Below, piece by piece: positions 8,436-18,368 of a stretch of 64,000 nt of DNA; the first letter of the stretch is position 1, and the number at the start of each line of letters is the position of its first letter. Under the pieces are notes generated by a model. It saw only the letters and a list, made by a program, of their open reading frames with translations. It was not told the origin of the DNA and ran no database searches. Source of the stretch: an uncultured Actinomycetes bacterium (GTDB taxonomy: Bacteria; Actinomycetota; UBA4738; CALAEC01); assembly GCA_964551945.1 (NCBI GenBank), contig CAZKFH010000001.1, positions 11,036-75,035 on the forward strand, in the 5' to 3' direction. Made by a program: the position numbers and the translations under genes.

Positions 8436-9250
8436 AAGGCGGCCTCAGGGAGCGACCGGTTATCGAAGGCCGGGTAATCGCGGAGCCAGGCGAACGGTGA
8501 CCCGTCACGCCCGCTCGGGAAGTACTCGAGCCCGACCCAGCCGCTGTAGCCGGTCCGGTCGAGCTCGGAGAGGAAGCTCGCCACCGGGATCTCGCCGGTA
8601 CCCGGTTCGGCCCGACCGGGGTAGTCGGCGAGCTGCACGTGACCGATGGTCCCGGCCGCGAGGTGGAGAGCTTGGATCAGATCGTCCTCTTCCTGGAAGA
8701 GGTGGTAGGCGTCGAAGAGCAGGCGCAGGCGTGGGGGACTACCGAGCTCGGACATGACCGACAGGACGCCCGCGGCGTCCTGCAGCAAGGGGGATCGGCG
8801 GTCGGCTGCGTTGAGTGGCTCGAGCAGCAGCACGGGATCCTCCGCCTCGAGCTCCCCCAGGGCCCACTCGAGGTTGTCGAGGAGGCAGCGCCGCTGAGCC
8901 TTCCGAGCCGTGCCTTTCCGTCGCCCACCGACGAGTACGTTGATGCCCTCGGCGTTGACGGCGCGGGCGAACTCCAGCGACGAGCGAAAGTCCTCTCGCC
9001 ACCAGTCAACGCGCGAGGGGTCGCCGACGAGACCGAAGTCGTCGGACTCTGGGCCAGGGTGCGTGTTGATCGACGCGACCGATACCCCGAGCTGCTGGAT
9101 CCGTTCGCCCAGCCGCCGGGCCGCATCGGGCTCCGGAGGCGCCCACATCTCGACGCATCGAAACCCGTCCGCTGCGGCTGCCGCGCAACGGTCCGCCTCC
9201 TCGAGATGCCCGTACAGGCTGTTGAGGTGAGCGCTGAACCCCCTGATCAC
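8432..9250 (-). CDS. Hydroxypyruvate isomerase-like TIM barrel protein
   Basis: FSAHL.., LLEPLN, LFDAYH, HVQLADYPGRAEPGTGE, VGLEY; GTG start at 9250 overlaps upstream stop. Confidence 0.85.
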   Translation of the reverse strand: MIRGFSAHLNSLYGHLEEADRCAAAAADGFRCVEMWAPPEPDAARRLGERIQQLGVSVASINTHPGPESDDFGLVGDPSRVDWWREDFRSSLEFARAVNAEGINVLVGGRRKGTARKAQRRCLLDNLEWALGELEAEDPVLLLEPLNAADRRSPLLQDAAGVLSVMSELGSPPRLRLLFDAYHLFQEEDDLIQALHLAAGTIGHVQLADYPGRAEPGTGEIPVASFLSELDRTGYSGWVGLEYFPSGRDGSPFAWLRDYPAFDNRSLPEAAL

Positions 9251-10869
9251 GTTGCAGCACCTGCCGTGTCCAGGACGCGCAGACTCAGCACGCGAAGAAC
9301 GGCTCCCAGCGTTCCCGCGGGATCCGCCGGCAAGCTTGGCGCCCGCCAGGCAACGTGACCGTCGGGACGCACCAGCACGGCGCCAGTCGAGGTGATGCCG
9401 TAGGCCACGTGCAGATCGCTTTCGGCACGGTCGAGTGGGTCGTCCCCGATCTGCAGCACCTGCAGGCGGCCGGGGCCTGGCTCCTGCGGACGCCACGACC
9501 CACCGTCATCACCGAGAAGAAGGGTGAAGACTTGGTCGTAGAGGTCAATCGTCGAGACCCGTCCGGCAGCGGTGTCCAGCCACAAGGCCGGCGCGCGGTG
9601 CCCGGGACGAGCAACTGGCTCGTAGTGGCCGGGTGAGAAAGGTGGCGTGGGCGTCCCATCCTCGACCACGCATCCTTGCTCGTAGGCGAAGCCCAGATCC
9701 TGGCCCAGGGCACTCACGTGCCCCTTCTGCTCGGCGAGCAAGACCGCCACTTGCCGGGCATCCCCGTCGGCCAGGGACGAGAGGAGTTCGCGGAACCTCT
9801 TCGAGTTCTGCAAGCTCCAGGCGAGGTTTGCCTCGGCGACCGGCTTTCGCTCCGTCTCGTAGGTTTCGAGGAGCTGTGGGTCAGCCCAGTTCTTGAGCAC
9901 GAAGGCCAGCTTCCATATGAGGTTGTGCACGTCCTGGATGCCGCTGTTCATGCCGAGCCCGCCGGTTGGCGGAAGCACGTGGGCGGCATCGCCCGCAAGA
10001 AAGACCCGGCCCTCTCGGTATCGGCTGGCGTTCAGCGCGCTGACTCGGAATGTCGCGATGTCGAGGATCTCGGGGTCGACCTCGGAAGAGCCGACGGCTC
10101 GTTGGATGATCTCGCGGGCCTCACCCTCGGACGGGTCCGGCGGTCGCTCCGGAGCCGGTGGACGGACGATCGTCGTGGCCCAGCGACTCTTTCCGTCCAC
10201 GGGCGCGATCGCCACGTGGTGGCCGGTAGCCGTGCCGGTGACGAACTGGATGCACAGGCGGCCGGAGGTCCACCGTTCGAGATCGCCTCGCCAGTAGATG
10301 CTCTGCCACCACGAGACCACGTCCTGACCTGTCTGGCCGATGCCAAGCGTCTCGCGGATGCCGGATGCCGCACCGTCCGCTGCGATGAGGTAGGCGAACT
10401 CGCGGCGGCGACCATCCTGCGTCGTGATGTTCACACCGTCGTCGGACTGGGCGACGGAGGAGACGCGCGTCCCGGGGAGCAGCTCGATCTTCGGCTCGGA
10501 GCGAGCCTTGCCGAGCAGGGTCTCCACGACCTCGCTCTGAGCGACGCGGCCAGGCGTCGTCGGGCTTGCCGCAAACGTGCCCGGCTCGAGATCCTCCGTC
10601 CGAGCGAGCTCGTCGCCGGCCAGCGTTTCGCAATAGATGAATCGCAGCGCGTCCGCCGGCAGAGCCTTCGCTCGCAGCTCCGGCTCCAGCCCCCACTGGC
10701 GGAACAGCTCCATCGTGCGGACCCGAACGCCACGAGCCTTCGGATGGTCAGAGGGGACCGATGCCTGTTCGTAGACCGTGCAGTCGATGCCGAAGCGAGC
10801 GAGAAGGATCGCGGCGCTGAGTCCCGTCGGCCCCGCGCCGACGATCCCCACGGGCGCCCCGTCGCTCAT
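9247..10869 (-). CDS. FAD-dependent aromatic monooxygenase (PheA/TfdB/RdmE-like family)
   Basis: IVGAGPTGL, LIAADG, GDAAHVLPPTGGLGMNSGIQDVHNL, C-terminal VLVRPDGHVAWR. Confidence 0.9.
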   Translation of the reverse strand: MSDGAPVGIVGAGPTGLSAAILLARFGIDCTVYEQASVPSDHPKARGVRVRTMELFRQWGLEPELRAKALPADALRFIYCETLAGDELARTEDLEPGTFAASPTTPGRVAQSEVVETLLGKARSEPKIELLPGTRVSSVAQSDDGVNITTQDGRRREFAYLIAADGAASGIRETLGIGQTGQDVVSWWQSIYWRGDLERWTSGRLCIQFVTGTATGHHVAIAPVDGKSRWATTIVRPPAPERPPDPSEGEAREIIQRAVGSSEVDPEILDIATFRVSALNASRYREGRVFLAGDAAHVLPPTGGLGMNSGIQDVHNLIWKLAFVLKNWADPQLLETYETERKPVAEANLAWSLQNSKRFRELLSSLADGDARQVAVLLAEQKGHVSALGQDLGFAYEQGCVVEDGTPTPPFSPGHYEPVARPGHRAPALWLDTAAGRVSTIDLYDQVFTLLLGDDGGSWRPQEPGPGRLQVLQIGDDPLDRAESDLHVAYGITSTGAVLVRPDGHVAWRAPSLPADPAGTLGAVLRVLSLRVLDTAGAAT

Positions 10870-11552
10870 GCTCGAGCGGTTCGGCGCGGAACCCCAAATA
10901 CCTCGACGAGGATGCGGTCGGTCGCCCGAAGGTGATCCCTCATCTCGCGGGATGCGTCTTTCTGGTTGCCGGACTCGATAGCCACGGCGATCTGCTCGTG
11001 TGCATCGAGCTCCTCCCGGGACTCGATGTGGGCCTCGAGGCTCGGCATGAGGTAGTGAAGTCGAGTGACCTCGTCGACCAGGTTGGCCACGATCTTCGCT
11101 CCGCGCGCGTTCCCTGCCATCTCGGCGATCCGGATGTGAAAGGCAGCAGCGCTTTCCAGCGCCAGGTCGACGTCTTGCTTGGCAGAGCGCTGCGCCTCAA
11201 CCGCTTCACGGATCGCCTTGCCCCCGTTCCCGGCCGACCGCCACGCCGCCTCCGCAGCGAAGCCCGGTTCGATCATCTCCCGCAGATGGAACACCTCCCG
11301 CAGGTCATCGAGCCCAAGCGGGCGGATCAGGTAGCCCTTTCGAGGCAACACCGTCACCCAGCCGTCCTGCACGAGGAGGCGTAAGGCTTCGCGTACCGGC
11401 GTCTTGGAAACCCCGAACTGGGCGGCAAGGTCGGGCTCCAGGATCGTCTGGCCGGGCTGAAGGCGAGCATGCAGGATCTCTTCTCGCAGCCGTTGATGGA
11501 CGAGGTCCGTTAGCAGCTGCCTGCTGCCGTCTGCAGCATCCGCTCCCGCCAC
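10866..11552 (-). CDS. GntR/FadR (FCD) transcriptional regulator
   Basis: LAAQFGVSKTPVREAL wHTH plus FCD domain (FH, EH..I, M..HL); GTG 11552 preceded by GGAGG. Confidence 0.9.
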   Translation of the reverse strand: MAGADAADGSRQLLTDLVHQRLREEILHARLQPGQTILEPDLAAQFGVSKTPVREALRLLVQDGWVTVLPRKGYLIRPLGLDDLREVFHLREMIEPGFAAEAAWRSAGNGGKAIREAVEAQRSAKQDVDLALESAAAFHIRIAEMAGNARGAKIVANLVDEVTRLHYLMPSLEAHIESREELDAHEQIAVAIESGNQKDASREMRDHLRATDRILVEVFGVPRRTARA

Positions 11553-11583
11553 AAGGCACCTCCAGATGCGCGTGGGAAACATC

Positions 11584-11597
11584 TGTGATATACCACA
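11584..11597. promoter_or_regulatory. Putative GntR operator
   Basis: Near-perfect palindrome TGTGATATACCACA between the divergent gntR and SBP genes. Confidence 0.55.
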
Positions 11598-11678
11598 AAC
11601 CATAGTGTCCGTGCTCGTGACCGATGCACGTTCTGGCGGCTTCGACCCTCGAAAGGCGCAGGCCGAAGGTGGTGAACG

Positions 11679-13430
11679 GTGGAGGATCCGGACTACGAAC
11701 CGCTGCCATCCGTAGGCGAGATAGCGGCCCGCTACATCCCGGTGATGGCGGGTGTCCTGGCGTTCATCTTGCTCGTCGTTCTGGTCCCGGACGCATCCAA
11801 CAGCCAGGCTCCCGGGGAAACCCTCACGCAGCAGGGAGCTTCATCGGTATCGCCCACCACCGGCGTCCCCGCAGCAGGGACCACCACCGGAGTTCCCGCA
11901 GCAGGGACCACCACCACCGGCGGATCCGGGGCGGGATCGGTCACCGCTCCTTCCGGGTCAGGCTCCGTTGGTTCCGCGCCTGCCGGATCCACAGGGCAGG
12001 GATCCGGAGGTGGGTCATCCGGCGGCACAAGCGGGGTCTCGGGTCCGTCCGGCAAGGCCGTCAGCGGTGTGAAGTGCGGGCCGGGTGTTCGCCAGGTCTC
12101 CTGGTCGCCGTACGCGCCGTTGTGCACGCCCGCTTGGTCGGGGAACAACGGCGGCGCCACCGCACATGGTGTCACCGAGTCCACGATCACTCTCGTGCTC
12201 CGCAACCCCAGCGACTGGGACTCGGCCGCCGAGACCACCGGTGTACCGACGTTTGCGGAGATCGCCCACGACACCAGGGTGCTGGTCGATTTCTTCAACG
12301 GCCAGTTCGAGCTGTACGGACGAGAGGTCGTCGTCAAGACGTTCAACGGCAGGGGGAGCTTCTTCGCTGAGGGCGCCAACAAGGGTCAGGAGGCCGCGAG
12401 CGCCGATGCCCAGACGGCATACGAGCTCGGGGCGTTCGTCGACGGATTCCCCATCACTTCCGGGGCGTATTCCGATGCGGAAGCCGCTCGTCGGATCATC
12501 AGCTTCGCTCCCGGCAACTCTCTGGCTGCCTACAACGCGAACGCCCCGTACATGTACGGCGTGCCTCTCGGGCCTGTTGCCGACATACAGGGCGCCGGAG
12601 TGGCGGCGGTCGCCTGCCAGCGGATGGCCAAGATGAATGCCGTGTTCGCCGGTGACCCGCTCTATCGCGCCTCCACGCGCAAGTTCGCGATCCTCGAACC
12701 CGAACAACCGGAGTACGCCGGAGGGGGCGCGATCGCGGTCGATCAGCTAAGAAAGTGTGGCGCGTCGGCGGAACTCTATCGGTACAACGCAGACGTGACC
12801 TTGGAGGCGCAGCAGGCAGCAACGATCACCGCCAGGATGGCGGCGGACGGCATGACCACGGTGATCATGCTCACCGATCCCCTCATGTCGCAGTTCATGA
12901 CACACGCCGCCACCTCAGGGGGCTACCGGCCGGAGTGGATGTTCACCGTCTTCCCGCAGGCGTTGGCCCGGCAAGCGGACCCCAACCAGCTGGCCCATTC
13001 CATCGACGTCAGCCCCTGGCACGCGACGAACGGCCCTCCCGCACAGCGGCTCTGTCACGGGATCTACCAGCTCGCGGATCCGGGAAAGAACCCGCAGTCC
13101 GGGCCGCAAGGAGTCGACTCATCATGCTCTCTGCTACTGGCACTGTTTTCGGCTCTCCAGCAAGCCGGTCCGGAGCTAACCGCGCAGAGCTTCAATCAAG
13201 GCTGGTTCAGCCTGCCGGACTCGAAGGCATCCTCTGACTTCGGCCGGTGGTCGTTCGCCTCCGATCAATGGAGCCCGGTCGCAAGCATGAGCGTGCTGCA
13301 ATGGAACGCGACCGATAAGAGCCCCTACGACGGCGGCACCGGCCAATGGGTGGCATGCGGAGGCCCCGCCGACTATCCGTACCGGAAAGCGAAGCTGGGT
13401 TCCGGGCAGCTGCAGTGCTACGGGCAATAG
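11679..13430 (+). CDS. Membrane-anchored periplasmic-binding-protein-like (LivJ-type) solute-binding protein
   Basis: N-terminal TM, Gly/Ser/Thr linker, NNGGAT..GVT...I and FN..FELYGR motifs; directly upstream of Liv-type ABC gene. Confidence 0.65.
   Translation: MEDPDYEPLPSVGEIAARYIPVMAGVLAFILLVVLVPDASNSQAPGETLTQQGASSVSPTTGVPAAGTTTGVPAAGTTTTGGSGAGSVTAPSGSGSVGSAPAGSTGQGSGGGSSGGTSGVSGPSGKAVSGVKCGPGVRQVSWSPYAPLCTPAWSGNNGGATAHGVTESTITLVLRNPSDWDSAAETTGVPTFAEIAHDTRVLVDFFNGQFELYGREVVVKTFNGRGSFFAEGANKGQEAASADAQTAYELGAFVDGFPITSGAYSDAEAARRIISFAPGNSLAAYNANAPYMYGVPLGPVADIQGAGVAAVACQRMAKMNAVFAGDPLYRASTRKFAILEPEQPEYAGGGAIAVDQLRKCGASAELYRYNADVTLEAQQAATITARMAADGMTTVIMLTDPLMSQFMTHAATSGGYRPEWMFTVFPQALARQADPNQLAHSIDVSPWHATNGPPAQRLCHGIYQLADPGKNPQSGPQGVDSSCSLLLALFSALQQAGPELTAQSFNQGWFSLPDSKASSDFGRWSFASDQWSPVASMSVLQWNATDKSPYDGGTGQWVACGGPADYPYRKAKLGSGQLQCYGQ
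11855..11920 (+). repeat. In-frame 27-bp tandem repeat (TTGVPAAGT x2) in the SBP linker
   Basis: ccaccggcgtccccgcagcagggacca / ccaccggagttcccgcagcagggacca. Confidence 0.7.
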
Positions 13431-16400
13431 CCACGCGCCGCGCCGGAGCCGTGGCGGCCGGCGTGGCGATCGCGTACCTGGCCGGCTCCGCGTTGCTTCC
13501 GCGAGGCGTACCGGTGGTGGCCATCGTCCCGGGGCTGATCCTGGGGAGCCTCGGCGCGCTGACCGCGATGGGGCTCGTCCTGATCTATCGCTCGACACGG
13601 ATCATCAACTTCGCGCAGGCGAACATCGGTGGCATCGTGGCGACGCTGGTGGTTCTCCTGGTCGAGGTGGCCCACTGGAACTACTGGCTCGCAGCCGCAA
13701 CCGGCCTGGTGGGAGCGATCCTTCTGGGCGCCCAGATCGAGCGGGCGTTCATCCGCAGGTTCGCCACGGCGCCACGACTCATCCTCACCGTCGTCACCAT
13801 CGGGATCGCTCAGCTCCTCGCCGCGATGACGCTACTGCTGCAGAATGCATTCGGCGCGTCCGACCGCATCGGTTCCATCATCCCTTTCCAGGCTCCGGTC
13901 GGCGGACAGGTACACGTGGGCTCGTTGGTGCTCACCGGCGACGACTTCATGGCCCTCGCGGCCGTGCCCCTGGTTCTCGTCGGCCTGGTCATCTTCCTGA
14001 GCCGTACCGACGCCGGGATCGGTGCCCGCGCGGCCGCTGACTCCACCGAGCGCGCGGAGCTGCTGGGCATCCCCGTGCAGCGGCTCTCCATGCTCACCTG
14101 GGTCATCGCCGGCGTCATGTCCGCGCTCGGCGCCATCCTCACGGCGGGTGTCCAGGGATTTCAATCCACGTTGCTCCCGGGCCCGCAGACCCTGGTCGTT
14201 CCTCTGGTAGCTGCCGTCGTCGCCCGCTTCGACAGCCTCCCCGTCGCTTTCGGCGCGAGTGTCGCGATCGGAGTCCTGCGGGAAGCGATCTTCTGGAGCT
14301 TTCCGCAGAGCAGCGTGGTCGATCTGGTCATGTTCGGGATGATCCTCGTTGCACTGCTGTCGCGGCGGCGGGCCACGACGAGGGTTGACGGAGAGGATCT
14401 CGGCGGCTACGTCGCGCTTTCGGAGCCACGGCCATTGGCCGCGCGGATCCGGGAGCTTCCGGGGGTGCGGCGCGCACGTCTGGGCGGTCTCGCTACCGCC
14501 ATGTTCGTAGCCGCGGTGGTGCCGCTTTGGCTCGACGGCTCGCAGCTCACCTTCCTCACCTTCGTCTCTATCTTCGTGATCCTCTCGGCTTCATTGGTGG
14601 TGCTGACCGGCTGGGGAGGACAGGTCAGCCTGGGCCAGTTCGCATTCGCGGGATTGGGGGCCGGGACGACCGGGTGGTTGCTGACGAGCTTTAACGCGAG
14701 CCTTCTCGTATGCCTCGCCGCGTCGATGCTCGTCGGTGTGATGGCCGCCCTTCTGATCGGTCTGCCTGCGCTTCGGATCCGCGGCCTGTATCTGGCGGCC
14801 GTGACCCTGGCCTTTGCGGTTCCGGCGTCCACATACTTTCTCAGCTCGTTGCACTTCCCGAGCTTCACCCCGGACCTCGTGACCCCTCCGGTCCTGTTCG
14901 GGCGGTTCGACCTCAGCGACCCTCTTCCTTTCTATTACTTCTGCCTGATAGTGGCCCTGATCGCACTCGGCCTGGCTCGCAACTTCCGGAGGAGCCGGAT
15001 CGGGCGTGCCGCCGTCGGCGCCAGAGACAACGAACGCATGGTCGAAGCGCTGGCGATCTCCGTGACCCGGGTCAGGCTCGTCACCTTTGGTGTGTCGGGC
15101 GCGCTGGCCGGCCTCGCCGGCGGTCTGTACGTGCTCGCCTTCCGCGGGGTGCCATTCGGAGGGTTCGCTCCCGTCCTCGGCCTCGAGGCGTTCGCGATGG
15201 TTGTTGTCGGCGGGATGGGATCGCTGTGGGGGGCTGTCCTTGGCGCGCTGTACGTCTATCTGTCTCAGTACTACCTCGGGGCGGCCGCGCAGCTGCTGCT
15301 CACCGGCGGTGGCATCATCGCGGTGCTGCAGTTCGCTCCGGGCGGGCTGGCACAGCTGACCTACCGCCTGCGGGACTTCGCTCTTACGAGGGTCCTGCGA
15401 CGGCAGGGGCTGAGCCCGAATCTCCTCTACTCGCGTCCGGACGAAGAGGAGCCCCCAGCCGCAGTTGGGGTAAAGGAGCGGCTCTCCGGAGTCGCGGCAC
15501 GACTCAGGAGCAGGTGGAGCTCAATCGCAGGGCGTCGCCGGCGGCGCAGTGCGCCGGCCGAAACTGAGAACGCCGACCTCCTGACCTGTCGGGAACTCGA
15601 AGCCGGCTACGGGCACCTCCAGATCCTGTTCGGAGTGGACTTCGAGGTGCGTGAAGGAGAGATCCTCGCCCTTCTCGGCACGAACGGTGCGGGCAAGTCC
15701 ACCGCGCTCAAGGTCATCGCCGGTGTGCTGCGCCCGGAGCGAGGTCGTATCACCTTCGCCGGCGCCGACGTAACGCGAATGAAGACCGCCGAGCGGGTTC
15801 GCCGCGGTCTTGTCCTCGTACCCGGAGGCCGGGGGGTTTTCGGCTCGCTCACCGTACGCGAGAACCTTCGGCTCGCAGGGTGGATAGCCCGACGGGACGG
15901 TGACAGGGACTTCCTCGATGCCACGATGCAGCACATCTTCGAGCTGTTCCCCGTCCTTCGCGAGCGACAGACGCAAAAGGCGTCGCTTCTGTCGGGCGGA
16001 GAGCAACAGATGCTGACGCTTGCGCAGGCGCTGTTGTGCCGACCGAAACTGCTCATGATCGATGAGCTGTCGCTTGGCCTGGCGCCGGTGGTCGTTGGGA
16101 GCCTTCTCGAGGTGCTTCGCTCGCTGAATGCATCGGGCGTCACGGTGTTGTTGGTCGAACAGTCCATGAACATCGCCAGCTCGGCCGCTCCTCGTGCCGT
16201 GTTCCTGGAGAAGGGGGAAGTGCGTTTCTCCGGGCCGACCAAAGAGCTGGCCGCATCCGGCGAGCTCGTGCGCTCGGTGTTCCTGAGCGGCGCGAGCACG
16301 ACCCGTCGAAAGAAGGGCTCGAGGACGACGACGCGTCCGGCCCCGGACGCAACCCTTGCGGAGAGCACGAGCGCGGCCCTTCATGTGGAGGGCATACGGA

Positions 16401-17197
16401 AGAGCTATGGCGGCGTCCGAGCCGTCGCTGGCGTGGACATCTCGATCCGGGAGGGGGAGATCCTCGGGGTGATCGGCGCCAACGGCGCGGGCAAGACGAC
16501 GCTGTTCGACATCATCTCTGGCATCGTCCGCCCGGACTCCGGGAGGATCGCGTTGTACGGGCATGACATAACGACGACATCCGCCTCGCAACGAGCCGCC
16601 CTCGGTCTAGGTCGAACCTTCCAGGATCTTCGCCTCATCCCTTCGATGACCGTTGCTGAGGTGCTCGCGCTGGCACATGAGCGGCACATCGACGTGAGGG
16701 AGCCGGTGGCGTCGGTGTTGGGTCTCCCGGCGACCCTTCGCTCCGAGGCCTCGGTCAAGCAGAGAGTGAACGAGCTGATGGAAGAGTTCAATCTGGACCG
16801 GTACGCCAACTCGTTCATCTCCGAGCTTTCGACCGGAACTCGCCGAGTGGTCGAGCTCGCGTGCGTCTGTGCCCACGAGCCATCGGTTCTGATCCTGGAC
16901 GAGCCGTCGAGCGGACTCGCTCAACGCGAAGCGGAGGCGATGGTCGACCTGATCCTGGAGATAAAGGAGCGCACCGGCGCAGCGATCGCGCTCGTCGAAC
17001 ACGACATGCACGTGATCAGGAGCCTGTCCGACGAGGTCGTCTGCATGCATCTGGGCGCTGTCATCGCTCGAGGGGACGCGGAAAGCGTGCTCGCGGACGC
17101 CGACGTCGTATCCGCGTATCTTGGATTCGACGATACCGTCGTCCAACGCTCCGGAGCGGGCGCGCGTGGCGTCGAACCCGCGGCCACCGGCGCCTGA
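13415..17197 (+). CDS. Fused branched-chain-type ABC transporter: two permease domains plus two ATPase domains
   Basis: LivH-like INFAQ, LivM-like GQVSLGQFAF; Walker A GTNGAGKST with LSGGEQQML; second GANGAGKTT with LSTGTRR/LDEPSSGL; start approximate (GTG 13415). Confidence 0.85.
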   Translation: MLRAIATRRAGAVAAGVAIAYLAGSALLPRGVPVVAIVPGLILGSLGALTAMGLVLIYRSTRIINFAQANIGGIVATLVVLLVEVAHWNYWLAAATGLVGAILLGAQIERAFIRRFATAPRLILTVVTIGIAQLLAAMTLLLQNAFGASDRIGSIIPFQAPVGGQVHVGSLVLTGDDFMALAAVPLVLVGLVIFLSRTDAGIGARAAADSTERAELLGIPVQRLSMLTWVIAGVMSALGAILTAGVQGFQSTLLPGPQTLVVPLVAAVVARFDSLPVAFGASVAIGVLREAIFWSFPQSSVVDLVMFGMILVALLSRRRATTRVDGEDLGGYVALSEPRPLAARIRELPGVRRARLGGLATAMFVAAVVPLWLDGSQLTFLTFVSIFVILSASLVVLTGWGGQVSLGQFAFAGLGAGTTGWLLTSFNASLLVCLAASMLVGVMAALLIGLPALRIRGLYLAAVTLAFAVPASTYFLSSLHFPSFTPDLVTPPVLFGRFDLSDPLPFYYFCLIVALIALGLARNFRRSRIGRAAVGARDNERMVEALAISVTRVRLVTFGVSGALAGLAGGLYVLAFRGVPFGGFAPVLGLEAFAMVVVGGMGSLWGAVLGALYVYLSQYYLGAAAQLLLTGGGIIAVLQFAPGGLAQLTYRLRDFALTRVLRRQGLSPNLLYSRPDEEEPPAAVGVKERLSGVAARLRSRWSSIAGRRRRRSAPAETENADLLTCRELEAGYGHLQILFGVDFEVREGEILALLGTNGAGKSTALKVIAGVLRPERGRITFAGADVTRMKTAERVRRGLVLVPGGRGVFGSLTVRENLRLAGWIARRDGDRDFLDATMQHIFELFPVLRERQTQKASLLSGGEQQMLTLAQALLCRPKLLMIDELSLGLAPVVVGSLLEVLRSLNASGVTVLLVEQSMNIASSAAPRAVFLEKGEVRFSGPTKELAASGELVRSVFLSGASTTRRKKGSRTTTRPAPDATLAESTSAALHVEGIRKSYGGVRAVAGVDISIREGEILGVIGANGAGKTTLFDIISGIVRPDSGRIALYGHDITTTSASQRAALGLGRTFQDLRLIPSMTVAEVLALAHERHIDVREPVASVLGLPATLRSEASVKQRVNELMEEFNLDRYANSFISELSTGTRRVVELACVCAHEPSVLILDEPSSGLAQREAEAMVDLILEIKERTGAAIALVEHDMHVIRSLSDEVVCMHLGAVIARGDAESVLADADVVSAYLGFDDTVVQRSGAGARGVEPAATGA

Positions 17198-17199
17198 CC

Positions 17200-18174
17200 A
17201 TGAACACGCGACTGAAGCGGCGAGTAGCAGTGGTTTGCAGCGCGGCCAGTGTGGCCGTGTTCCTCCACCCGCAGCTCGTGTTGGCCGAGGCGAGCAAGAC
17301 GATCGCGCCTACGACCTACGGTTGGTGGACACAGACCAACATCGCCGGGATCGGTTCCGGTGATCCCGATGTCCCGCCAGGCGGCATGCTGGTGCAGAAC
17401 CTCCCTACCGGGCCGGCCGCCGTCTCGGCCCTGAGCTTCTCCCTGCCGGACGGCGCAACAACCAAGGAGCTCGCCGTATCCATCAGTGGGACTCCGGCCA
17501 TCACGTTGCCACCCCTCGCCTGTCCCGCCACCGGGCCGGTTGAGTCTGCGGAAGGCGGTCCGTGGGAGGAGCACCCCGCGTATGACTGCCAGAACCCGGT
17601 CTACGGTGAGGTGAACGCTGAAAAGACGCGGATCCTATTCGCCGTCGAGGGGCTGGCCAAAGGACGAAGCCTCTCGGTGGTCATCCTCGCCGGCGGTCCG
17701 ACGGATCGCATCGTGTTCTCCGAGCCGGGACCGGAGACATTAACGATCAAGCTCAAGGCCAAGGCAAACGGGACCTCGCCGTCTCAGACGGAAGAGACAA
17801 AGGGTGGGCCCACCGCGCCATCGACCGGTACCGACGACCAGCCCAGTGCCTCCGGCGCAACCGGGGTGGGCGCCGCTCCTCCGGCTGGCGACCCTAGCGG
17901 CGCCCCGGTAGGTGGGGGCGGACCCGTCGTGACCCCACCTTCGCCCTTGCCCGCGGCCTCCCCAGCCCCTCAGCCCGAAACGCTCCCTGCCGGTGTGGGC
18001 AGCGTCGCTCAAGAGGAGAACTCCACGAGAAGGATCCTTGGCACGACACTGGGCCTGGTCCTGCTGTTGCTGTCCATCCTGTATTGGAGCGACGGATTCG
18101 GGGCAATCAATCTCCGTTCTTCCCTCGCGGCCCGGTACCAGGCAAGGAAGGCCGGCGCCCTGGTCAACCGCTAA
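17200..18174 (+). CDS. Secreted/surface protein with Pro-rich linker and C-terminal TM anchor
   Basis: Signal-like N-terminus (ATG 17200, 2 nt after ABC stop), two Cys, Pro/Gly/Thr linker, ILGTTLGLVLLLLSILYW. Confidence 0.6.
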   Translation: MNTRLKRRVAVVCSAASVAVFLHPQLVLAEASKTIAPTTYGWWTQTNIAGIGSGDPDVPPGGMLVQNLPTGPAAVSALSFSLPDGATTKELAVSISGTPAITLPPLACPATGPVESAEGGPWEEHPAYDCQNPVYGEVNAEKTRILFAVEGLAKGRSLSVVILAGGPTDRIVFSEPGPETLTIKLKAKANGTSPSQTEETKGGPTAPSTGTDDQPSASGATGVGAAPPAGDPSGAPVGGGGPVVTPPSPLPAASPAPQPETLPAGVGSVAQEENSTRRILGTTLGLVLLLLSILYWSDGFGAINLRSSLAARYQARKAGALVNR

Positions 18175-18368
18175 TCAGGAGCCGACGGCCCTCCAACACC
18201 CCCACTAGCAGGAGTACGATGTAGGAACAGAGGCGGATTCAGGAGGACGGCCGCAAGCCGACTCCCCGCGACATCCCCTTGATTTGTTTCTCCACCTCCT
18301 GGGCCATCCGGTCCAGCCTTTTGAAACGCGGTCAACCTGCCGTTTCAGGTGAAGGGAAGGAGCGATCA

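Noticed and set aside
11855-11920. Direct repeats as a possible CRISPR array
   Set aside because: Two in-frame units in a protein linker, no spacers, no cas genes
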